Positions 20,783 to 29,200 of a stretch of 64,000 bases of DNA are shown piece after piece. The notes beneath the pieces are model-generated. The model ran no database searches. It was not told where the DNA came from and saw only the letters and a list, made by a program, of their open reading frames with translations. Both the position numbers and the translations under genes were made by a program. Every line of letters begins with the position of its first letter. Position 1 is the first letter of the stretch. The stretch is from Candidatus Gastranaerophilales bacterium (lineage in GTDB: Bacteria > Cyanobacteriota > Vampirovibrionia > Gastranaerophilales > Gastranaerophilaceae). Location: NCBI GenBank assembly GCA_947857085.1, contig CANUDF010000001.1, forward strand, positions 3,841 to 67,840. Reading direction: 5' to 3'.

Positions 20783-21092
20783 AATATCTCCTAACTCCGA
20801 CTTAATGTATTATAAATAAATTTTCTCTGAAATGCAATAGTTCATTAAGCAAATTTGACCGGTCTGCTTAGTACTAAAATTTTTTCTTACGGTTAATTTA
20901 ACCAATCTAATATAAAAGTTGGTTACTTACGCCATTTTGCAAGAATATATTCAATCTGCGCGGCAAATTCTACCCATATTTTTAACTATTTTTTGCTATT
21001 CTTTTACAATAAATTAATACAAATAGCAAAAAAAACATTTATGAGTTTTATAAAATACATTTACAACAATAAACCTGAGACAGGCATTATTT

Positions 21093-22898
21093 ATGAAAAT
21101 AACAAACAATTTAAATGTAATATCTCCTATTTGCTTTAAGGAAAATTCTAAGATTGATATAGTTAGATTTTTACAAGTTGACAAAACCTTATACCGGGGA
21201 GGGAAACCTAATGAAAAGCAATTAGAAAGTTTAAAAACTATAGGAATAGATACTATTATTGATTTTTCGACAGGTTATGGAGCAAAAACTCAAGGGAGAA
21301 CAGAAAAGCAGATAACTGAAAATCTCAAAATGAATTATATAAACTTGCCCTTTCCATCTTTTGAAAATCCTCCAGAAGAATATATTGCTAAATTCTTTGA
21401 TATTGTAGAAGAGGCTCGAAATAATGGCAAAAAAGTTTTCATTCACTGTACACATGGGAAAGACAGAACTGGTTTATTTGCAGGGATGTATAAACTTAAA
21501 TATGGTTTGGATAATATTGAAAATGTAGTGAATGAAATGTTGACAATAGGACATGATTCAAATGCTAATCCTAATTTGATACCATTTCTCAAAGACTATT
21601 GTAAATCAACAGATTTAAACTTATCACATAGTAATGTGATTGGTAAAAGCCTGATTTTAAATAAAATAATGGATACATCACATTTTGTGAATGAATTTTT
21701 AAAAGAAGATATATTACTAAAATCAGCAAAACAATTAATTGATAGATATCCTGAGTTAAAATGGCTTACTGGAAATGTAAATGCAACTCCGGAAGGTAAA
21801 ATGACAAATAATATAAATTCAATTTCTGAAAATTTATTTGGGAATAAACATATTGAATTTGATAGAACAATCGTAGGAATTAATTGTCTAAAACAGGTTT
21901 TAAACAATGATTATGAGGGCTTTACTAAATGTCAAAAAGATAATGTAAAATTAACCCCTGAAAACTTTGAACAGCTTAGAGATTTTACTTTAAGTGTTCT
22001 AAAAACTCCCGAAGATATTGATGCAATGATTTCCTATACCGTAATAAATGATTTGGGAAAAATCAAAGAATTTGTTACAAATATTGAGAAATCTACAGGT
22101 AAAAAAGTGAAAGATCATGATGAGGCATTGTTAATAGCACTTAAAGTTAGGCCTAATAAAATACCTTCATTCAACAGATTATCTGATGATTATAAAAATA
22201 ATATTTTGAATGGTTTGAGTGCTGATTTTAATCTAGGGCAATTTGTTCAGGCAGAATGCTTAGAAAGAAATTTGACAGGTTTAAAAAATGTTACTGAAAA
22301 AGCTAGGAACTTGTATCTAACTCATATGTTTTATGATGTAGCAGGGGCAGCCGGTCATGTTAATCCTAACGGGTCTCTGGTTATGACAAACCCTGTTTAT
22401 AAAGGTTATATTCAAGGCATAAATGCTATTAAAGAAATAAATCATTCGTCAGAAATAGAAGTTTATAATAAATTTTTAAAGGAAAAAGCAGAAGATTTAC
22501 AACTGCCAATGCAAAATATTAAAGATCGTGCATTGGTAAAATTAGCAGTAATGAGTAGAGCATCCAATCCTCAAGAGGCTCAAAATGTAATATTGGCTTT
22601 TAGTAAGTTAAGCCAAGACGAACAAATAAATTTAATTAATGGCATAAATGGTAATGGTATAGACAGCCCTGGAACACTTCTATACTATGCACCGGCTTTC
22701 ATTCAAAACTGTATAAATGCTGGTGATAAACGTGAAATGTTAGAAAAAGCATATAAAGTCATTAGCAGGATTTACAAACAAAATGCTAATTACAAAAATG
22801 ATGTAAATGTCCTGTCTTTAGCAAATATTGCAAATGCGATAAAAAGTAATTCAAACTTAACCGTTGATGAATTGTATCAATTATTTATTACAGGTTAA
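21093..22898 (+). CDS. Protein-tyrosine/dual-specificity phosphatase domain protein with a large unknown C-terminal domain
   Basis: It has LYRGGKP...IDTIIDF and the HCTHGKDRTG (HCx5R[ST]G) active-site signature in the first ~170 aa. The remaining ~430 aa are unassigned. Confidence 0.65.
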   Translation: MKITNNLNVISPICFKENSKIDIVRFLQVDKTLYRGGKPNEKQLESLKTIGIDTIIDFSTGYGAKTQGRTEKQITENLKMNYINLPFPSFENPPEEYIAKFFDIVEEARNNGKKVFIHCTHGKDRTGLFAGMYKLKYGLDNIENVVNEMLTIGHDSNANPNLIPFLKDYCKSTDLNLSHSNVIGKSLILNKIMDTSHFVNEFLKEDILLKSAKQLIDRYPELKWLTGNVNATPEGKMTNNINSISENLFGNKHIEFDRTIVGINCLKQVLNNDYEGFTKCQKDNVKLTPENFEQLRDFTLSVLKTPEDIDAMISYTVINDLGKIKEFVTNIEKSTGKKVKDHDEALLIALKVRPNKIPSFNRLSDDYKNNILNGLSADFNLGQFVQAECLERNLTGLKNVTEKARNLYLTHMFYDVAGAAGHVNPNGSLVMTNPVYKGYIQGINAIKEINHSSEIEVYNKFLKEKAEDLQLPMQNIKDRALVKLAVMSRASNPQEAQNVILAFSKLSQDEQINLINGINGNGIDSPGTLLYYAPAFIQNCINAGDKREMLEKAYKVISRIYKQNANYKNDVNVLSLANIANAIKSNSNLTVDELYQLFITG

Positions 22899-22977
22899 GC
22901 AGAAAATAAAATTAATACAACAAACAAATATGATACTATAAATGTAGTATCCTACTTACTAAAAGCATATTATATCC

Positions 22978-25017
22978 CTACATATTTAGACTTTTTAATA
23001 TTAATTTTTGCTCTTGTAATGCATTATATAATGAAGATACTGCCCAAGCCAATGGTGCATTTGTGCCTTGTATCATTTTAGTTTTACCATTTACATCCGT
23101 AACATACTGTAAAGCTTCACTGACTGTTACACCTGGCATATCTAATCCATTAGCTTTTATTTGATTTATTTCTTTAGGGTTTTCATCACTTATTCTTGAA
23201 AGTGCTCTATTTAAATATTCTGTCTGTTTAGATTTCAAGGTCTTGATAAGTTGTCTCTCTTCACTTGTAAAATCCCTCTTTTCTTTTTTGGCAAGTTTAA
23301 TAAGTTTCTCAATTTGCTTTCCATATCCTACAGACATATCAGATACCATAAACCATTGAGCTTCTTTATTTGGTGTTGATAATTTCGCTCTTGCAAAAAA
23401 CATATCAGGATCTGAACAATCTTTCGATGCAAAATTATCTAAAATGCCTTTCCAATCCAAATTTAACTTTCCATTATTATCAATTGCATTAAAATAATTT
23501 AAATTTAAATAACTATCAGGAGAGCTGCCATATTCACCATTTTGTAATTCGAATTTAAATGGAGCATAACGAATTACACCATTTTCTCTGACAAGGTTAT
23601 CCTCAACTGATTGCAGGATTTCCATATGTTTCTTCACATCATCTATAACATTATCTGCTAATTTTATATCTGAAGTTGTTATAAAAATAAGAGAAGAATC
23701 ATGAGGCCTTATACCAGGAGCTTCTTCTAAATATGATTTTCGCACTCTTTGAGTTCCGGCTTCTATTAACTTATTGATTTCATCTTCTTTTAATGGATTT
23801 AATTCACTTAATCTGGCTCTAACTTTTTGTATTTCTACATTATTAGAATATTTAGGAGAATACAACATTTTTTTATAAGCTGCTAAAGCACTTCTTATAG
23901 CTTCCGTATCGGATGTCAAGCCACCTTTAAGTGGTATTTCTTCCCAATTGCCAGAAGATGGAGCTGTTGGATAGTCAATAGCTTTAAAATATTTACTCAA
24001 ATTATCAATTGCCTCTAATACATTTTTAGGTATTGAATCCGCTGATTGATAACCATATTTTTTACCTTTTCCTAAACCATCAATAATTCCATTACAAAAT
24101 TCCTTTAATGCAAGGCCATGTGATTCAAGCCTTTTATTATTAAACCAATTTAAATCAGGTTCTAATGTTTTAGGTAAAAATATATGAGGAATACCTTGTA
24201 AAGCATTACCATCACGATAATTTTCAGGAGCTGCTATTAACTTAGCAAAATTATCTTTTTGATAACCATAATATTCTCCAATAGTATTCAATGCCTTGGT
24301 CCATGTTTCAGGTCTTCTTTTTTTCTGAATATCGCCTATTCTCATAATATCAGTAATCCAGGATCTAGCACTCATATCCCAATTTTCATTGGCTCCACAA
24401 GTTTTTGGAATACCCCTGTTTTTATCTAAGACTATTCCAAAATTGTTGTCATCGCTCATGTCAAAAATACGTTTAGATTCCAAATATTTCTGCAACTTTG
24501 TCAAACTATCAGTGTTATATTCTTCTTTCATTAAACCAGCAATTTTTTTATTATGAACATTATAAACTACATTACCTAATTTTAATTTATTGGGCTTATA
24601 CTCTGTTGCTGCAATCATAACTCTTAGAGCATTCTTTAATGCCTCCATATTATTATCTTTATTTATTTTTTCAATAGTTAATATACTATTTATAGTAGTT
24701 AATTCTCTCGGATTTTCCGGATTATTAACAGTAAAAGAATTTGTTCCGAAAAATTTTCTTAACTTAACCAGCCATTTTTCATCATTTGAATCTAGTTTTT
24801 TATTATTTTCAATATTTATTGAAAGTTTTGTCAAAGCTTTTTTAGCAAAATTTAATTTTGAATTCCCTTCAAAAGATGGATAATATGAATTTGAAATTTC
24901 ACTCAATGAGAATAATATATTTTTTCTTTCTTTTGTTGATATAATACTATTATTGTTTTTATAATTTTTAGATTTTATATTGTTAGCTGTATACGATTGA
25001 ACTGCAGATATTTGCAT
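22978..25017 (-). CDS. Glycoside hydrolase family 15 (glucoamylase)-like protein
   Basis: GNWEEIP, HDSSLIFI, GVIRYAPF and TNAPLAWAVSSLY resemble the GH15 (alpha/alpha)6 blocks (WEE, DxSLL, RY, PLxWSxA). I prefer ATG 25017 over the GTG at 25035. Confidence 0.5.
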   Translation of the reverse strand: MQISAVQSYTANNIKSKNYKNNNSIISTKERKNILFSLSEISNSYYPSFEGNSKLNFAKKALTKLSINIENNKKLDSNDEKWLVKLRKFFGTNSFTVNNPENPRELTTINSILTIEKINKDNNMEALKNALRVMIAATEYKPNKLKLGNVVYNVHNKKIAGLMKEEYNTDSLTKLQKYLESKRIFDMSDDNNFGIVLDKNRGIPKTCGANENWDMSARSWITDIMRIGDIQKKRRPETWTKALNTIGEYYGYQKDNFAKLIAAPENYRDGNALQGIPHIFLPKTLEPDLNWFNNKRLESHGLALKEFCNGIIDGLGKGKKYGYQSADSIPKNVLEAIDNLSKYFKAIDYPTAPSSGNWEEIPLKGGLTSDTEAIRSALAAYKKMLYSPKYSNNVEIQKVRARLSELNPLKEDEINKLIEAGTQRVRKSYLEEAPGIRPHDSSLIFITTSDIKLADNVIDDVKKHMEILQSVEDNLVRENGVIRYAPFKFELQNGEYGSSPDSYLNLNYFNAIDNNGKLNLDWKGILDNFASKDCSDPDMFFARAKLSTPNKEAQWFMVSDMSVGYGKQIEKLIKLAKKEKRDFTSEERQLIKTLKSKQTEYLNRALSRISDENPKEINQIKANGLDMPGVTVSEALQYVTDVNGKTKMIQGTNAPLAWAVSSLYNALQEQKLILKSLNM

Positions 25018-25388
25018 AGACCTTCCCACTTTCACATTTACGTAAGTTTTATAGATTCATTTTCTGATATACCCCCAAAAAGATATCTTTTAGATATATG
25101 CCACTATATGCTAGTATTAATAAAACAAAACAAAACAAAAACAAAATATTTTTATTCTAATATGCTAACTTTTTTAATAATTTGTTACAATTGTATCACT
25201 TTTATTCGATTAAAACATAAAAAAGTGTCTGATAGTTGCTATTCAATCCAATCATAGTTTTTGAAGTTCATCAGAATGGATTTCATAAAATATTTCCCAC
25301 TAGGGGATTAAAAAAATTGCTTGCCCGAAATTCTCAAACTAAACGTTAAAATACAATTGTTTAGAGTCTTAACAACAAAATTCAGTCA

Positions 25389-25435
25389 TAAAAAAACTCC
25401 CCAGGTTGGACTCGAACAAACAACCTACTGGTTAA
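25389..25435 (-). repeat. Degenerate copy of the 3' half of tRNA-Asn (distal att-like repeat)
   Basis: This segment matches 39412..39457, which runs from the anticodon loop (TTAA) through the 3' end plus ~8 nt downstream. The copies differ by 2 substitutions and 1 A-run indel. Confidence 0.85.
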
Positions 25436-25568
25436 GCTACGCTGGGTAGATGTAGACGTTTATAATGAAGAAATAACTATCAGAAATTCTAAATTTATAT
25501 AAATACAGAATATGTTTAAAAATCCTAAAACGAATAAGCCTTATGTAGATATAAAAATAGCATAATCT

Positions 25569-25862
25569 CTAAATAAAAAAGTCCTGATATCCAGTTAAAA
25601 CTCTTAATATATAAAGAATATCATCCTTAACATAGTATATAATTTGGTAATGTTTAGCTACAATACACTCTCTAACATCTCGTCTAACGAAATTAGATTT
25701 TCTGAATCCACTTTTAGGAAATAAAGCTAAAGTATTAAACTTTTTTTCAAAAAGGTCTATCATTTCAATAGCCTTAGCGACATTATCTTGGGCAATAAAA
25801 TCAAAAATATTTTGCATGTCTACTTCAGCAGCAGTTGTAATTATAATATTTAAGTTAGGCAT
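25569..25862 (-). CDS. parE: Type II toxin, ParE/RelE family
   Basis: 97 aa. It overlaps the upstream antitoxin ORF by 8 nt, and its C-terminal YQIIYYVKDDILYILRVLTGYQDF is typical of ParE. Confidence 0.75.
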   Translation of the reverse strand: MPNLNIIITTAAEVDMQNIFDFIAQDNVAKAIEMIDLFEKKFNTLALFPKSGFRKSNFVRRDVRECIVAKHYQIIYYVKDDILYILRVLTGYQDFFI

Positions 25863-26103
25863 ATTTCTTTCTTAAATCCTTAAATACTTCCTCGCTAGAG
25901 CGACCTTTACCAGCTTGCATTTCTTCCCAACCTTTTTCAATTTCAGAATTGAGGTTTTCAATATTTTCTTTAGAAATGTTATTATCTATAAAAGCAACCT
26001 GAACAGCAAATGAAATTGCGTCTTCTAATGTATCAAAAATTCCCTCGGAAACTTTAGCTTTTAAAAGATTTTCTATATTATTTGGTAAAGAAGATATATC
26101 CAT
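25855..26103 (-). CDS. Type II antitoxin, ParD-like
   Basis: 82 aa. It lies immediately upstream of and overlapping the ParE-like ORF. It is small and acidic, with a helical SEGIFDTLEDAISFAV segment. Confidence 0.6.
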   Translation of the reverse strand: MDISSLPNNIENLLKAKVSEGIFDTLEDAISFAVQVAFIDNNISKENIENLNSEIEKGWEEMQAGKGRSSEEVFKDLRKKYA

Positions 26104-26171
26104 AATCTAACCTCATATTAATAAAAATTGTATAATTAGATTATAACAAATTAACGGTAAAATTTCAATAT

Positions 26172-26221
26172 AGCTGTAAAGTAACACTTAGTTTGAGAAA
26201 AAGTAACAGTAGGTTTGAGAA
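26172..26221 (+). repeat. Left-end site pair: two tandem ~22-bp sites (aaagtaacaNtNNgtttgagaa)
   Basis: aaagtaacacttagtttgagaa and aaaagtaacagtaggtttgagaa sit back to back. They are the inverted partners of 38790..38812 and 38918..38940. Confidence 0.7.
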
Positions 26222-26341
26222 TTTTATATGTTTAACTAAAATTTTTATGATGCTAATCAAATAATTTTATACGAAGTTTTCCGATGCAATAATTTCTTGT
26301 AAAAATTTTCTATTGTACTTGATTTAAAGCATTTTGATAGT

Positions 26342-27613
26342 ATGATTATATGCATGGTACCATGCTTAGATGATAGAATTAAAGAAAATAATAATTTTAC
26401 TATTTTAAATTATCAAGGTAGTAAGAAAAATTTGATTGATTTTATTCATAAGCATATAGATAATTTAATCATTCCAGAAAAAGCTTTTTTAGATATTTTT
26501 GCAGGAACTTGTGCTGTTGGCTATAGTTATAAGTCTTGTTGCCCAGTATATGCTAATGATTTAGAATATTATTCTTACTTAATAGCTGATTCTTTATTGA
26601 ATAATTATAATAACTATAATTTTAATAAGATAAAAAAAGAAATAGGCAATCAATTTAAAAACTTATACAATTTAAAATTAAAAAAATATGATAAGTGGAT
26701 TATTGCAGAAGAAACTTTTTTAGAATCCAATAAAATAGAAGATTTAATTGATTTATATAGCTCATATCCAACAATATGGAATAACGCCGAAATGATATTG
26801 GATAAAAAGCAATATATCCTTTTTACGTCATATTATGCTGGTAATTATTTTGGAATAAAACAAGCTATAGAAATTGATTGTTTAAGAAATTTAATTGAAA
26901 ACATTGATAGTAATTTATTCTCAATGTTAATATCATGTTTATTTTTTGCTATGAAAAATTGTGTATTTTCAAAGGATGGTCATATGGCTCAACCGTTAGA
27001 TTTGCATAAAAATGCTTCAAAACTAATATTTAAGCGCAAAAATTCTATTTTGGATAATTTTTATAGCAAATTAACGGAATACTTTTCTTCAGAGTTTATA
27101 AATACTAATTTTTCTAACTCCGCATATAATATGGATTTTGAAAATCTTATAAAGTTAAAAGAAATTCAAGATAATGTTGGACTTATATATGCTGATCCAC
27201 CATATACAGATATGCAATATTCTAGATACTATCATTTATTAAACATTGTTTCTAAATATGATTATCCAAAGCCAACATTAATAAAAAATGTATATACCAA
27301 AGGTTTATATACTGAAGGCAGAAGTCAATCTTTGCTTAGCCAAAAACGATATTGTCTAGAGCATTTTAGTAATCTTATTAACTTTTCAAAAAAATATAAC
27401 AAAAATCTTGCTATCAGCTTTGCATATCCCAATGATCCAATACTTCAAAAAACGGATAGATATGTTATGAGCATTGAAGAAATAGTAAGAGAATGTACCA
27501 AAGTCTTTAAAGAAAAAAATGTAAATGTTGTATCAACAAAATACAATCATTCAAACAATAGAAATACACAAACAAAAAAGGTATTAGAGTATTTAATACT
27601 ATGTAAATATTAA
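26342..27613 (+). CDS. Dam-like (D12 class) N6-adenine DNA methyltransferase
   Basis: It has NYQGSKKN (the Y-x-G-x-K block), FAGTCAV (motif I) and IYADPPY (motif IV), in the order I...IV. At 423 aa it is larger than canonical Dam. Confidence 0.7.
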   Translation: MIICMVPCLDDRIKENNNFTILNYQGSKKNLIDFIHKHIDNLIIPEKAFLDIFAGTCAVGYSYKSCCPVYANDLEYYSYLIADSLLNNYNNYNFNKIKKEIGNQFKNLYNLKLKKYDKWIIAEETFLESNKIEDLIDLYSSYPTIWNNAEMILDKKQYILFTSYYAGNYFGIKQAIEIDCLRNLIENIDSNLFSMLISCLFFAMKNCVFSKDGHMAQPLDLHKNASKLIFKRKNSILDNFYSKLTEYFSSEFINTNFSNSAYNMDFENLIKLKEIQDNVGLIYADPPYTDMQYSRYYHLLNIVSKYDYPKPTLIKNVYTKGLYTEGRSQSLLSQKRYCLEHFSNLINFSKKYNKNLAISFAYPNDPILQKTDRYVMSIEEIVRECTKVFKEKNVNVVSTKYNHSNNRNTQTKKVLEYLILCKY

Positions 27614-27614
27614 T

Positions 27615-29198
27615 ATGGAAATTTGCTTAGAAAAAATAAAAGATAAAATAAATAAAGCGACAGCTACCAATAGAAATGATCTATATGATTCACATATCTA
27701 TTGGTCACAAAAACCTTATAATATTTGTGATATTCTAATAAATTCATTTAGCAAAAAAGGTGATATTGTTTTTGATCCATTTCTAGGTTCTGGAGTAACA
27801 TTATTACAATCTATAAAAAAAGAGAATGATCGTATTGGTATTGGTTGTGAAATTAATGATGCACCTATTTTTATTGTTAATACCCTATTGGCAAAATATG
27901 ATACTAAAAAATTCAAAAAAATATCAGAAGAATTTATTCAACAATTAAAAAAACTATTACCATATTATTACACGAAATGTCCTTATTGTGGGAAAAATGC
28001 AGTAATAACATCTGTAATTTTTGATAAACCGTCAAGAAATGCTGATATTAATATTAAAACAATTAATTTTAGATGTTCTTGTACTAGTAAATCTACAAAA
28101 TTAGCTGATGATAATGATTACAAATCAATAAATATAAATGAAGAAATTAAAAATATTAAAAGCGAGTTTCTAATTCCGAACTCAAAAATAGCCGTATATG
28201 AAAATCAACATATTGATCAGATTTTTACAAAACGAAATTATCTAATTTTAGATAAAATTATAGGAATAATAAACCATCTTGAAAACTATAGTGATTTGTT
28301 TAAATATTTATTAATGTCTATTATTCATTTAGCAAAAATCACTGATACACATTCATCTTCACAGTGGCCGCTTTGGATTCCGAAGAATAACTGCGTTGAA
28401 AAAAACATTATTGATTTAATAGAAAAAAAAGTTATTAAATTTGAGAAAACAATAAAATATTTAAATAATAATTACTCTAACACTAACTCTTATAAATTAT
28501 TGCACAAGGGCAGTCAGTTTATAGATGATACAGATATTTCAGATGAATCCATTCAACTTATTATTACTGATCCTCCATACTTAGGACAAGTTGCATATTC
28601 AGAATATATGCAATTATATAAACCTTTTTTAAATTTAAATTTTAATTTAGACGATGAAATAATTGTGTCATCTGCACCTTCAAGAAATAAAAACGAAGAC
28701 CAATATTTCAAAGACCTAGATAATGTATTTTCAATATGTTCAAAAAAAATGAAAAATGAAGGTTATTTGTGTTTGTATTTTCATGATAGCAGTCTAGAAG
28801 TATGGGATAAATTAATTAATATATTGTCAAAAAATCACTTTAAATATTTATCACAAGCACATATACGAAAATCAAACACTTTAAAGAATATAATAAGCCC
28901 CAAAAAGTCTCTGAATGGAGATTGTATATTATTTTTCCAAAAGGATAATAACATTGCTTCGAATCCTATTGGTTCAGAAGATATATTAGAAATCGAACAA
29001 AATATTATAAAACAAGCGAAATTTTTAGTAAAACGAGCGAATTGCCTTTCTACTCCAGAATTGTATGATTTGGGTCTTATGGAAATTTTAATTCACAATG
29101 GATGGTTAAATCCATTATCAAAAAAATACAAATCTTTAGTTGATATATTTGAAAAGCATTTAATTTGGGATTCAATTAAATCAAAATGGACTCTTTAA
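27615..29198 (+). CDS. Alpha-class amino (N6A/N4C) DNA methyltransferase with Cys-rich insert
   Basis: It has VFDPFLGSGVT (motif I) near the N-terminus, a CPYCG...CSC insert, and IITDPPY (motif IV) about 260 aa later. It starts 1 nt after the upstream MTase stop. Confidence 0.7.
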   Translation: MEICLEKIKDKINKATATNRNDLYDSHIYWSQKPYNICDILINSFSKKGDIVFDPFLGSGVTLLQSIKKENDRIGIGCEINDAPIFIVNTLLAKYDTKKFKKISEEFIQQLKKLLPYYYTKCPYCGKNAVITSVIFDKPSRNADINIKTINFRCSCTSKSTKLADDNDYKSININEEIKNIKSEFLIPNSKIAVYENQHIDQIFTKRNYLILDKIIGIINHLENYSDLFKYLLMSIIHLAKITDTHSSSQWPLWIPKNNCVEKNIIDLIEKKVIKFEKTIKYLNNNYSNTNSYKLLHKGSQFIDDTDISDESIQLIITDPPYLGQVAYSEYMQLYKPFLNLNFNLDDEIIVSSAPSRNKNEDQYFKDLDNVFSICSKKMKNEGYLCLYFHDSSLEVWDKLINILSKNHFKYLSQAHIRKSNTLKNIISPKKSLNGDCILFFQKDNNIASNPIGSEDILEIEQNIIKQAKFLVKRANCLSTPELYDLGLMEILIHNGWLNPLSKKYKSLVDIFEKHLIWDSIKSKWTL

Positions 29199-29200
29199 CA

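Noticed and set aside
25122-25146. An (AAAAC)n-like pentanucleotide run lies upstream of the GH15-like gene.
   Set aside because: It has only about 4-5 imperfect units in an AT-rich intergenic region. It is too short and degenerate to argue for a functional microsatellite switch.
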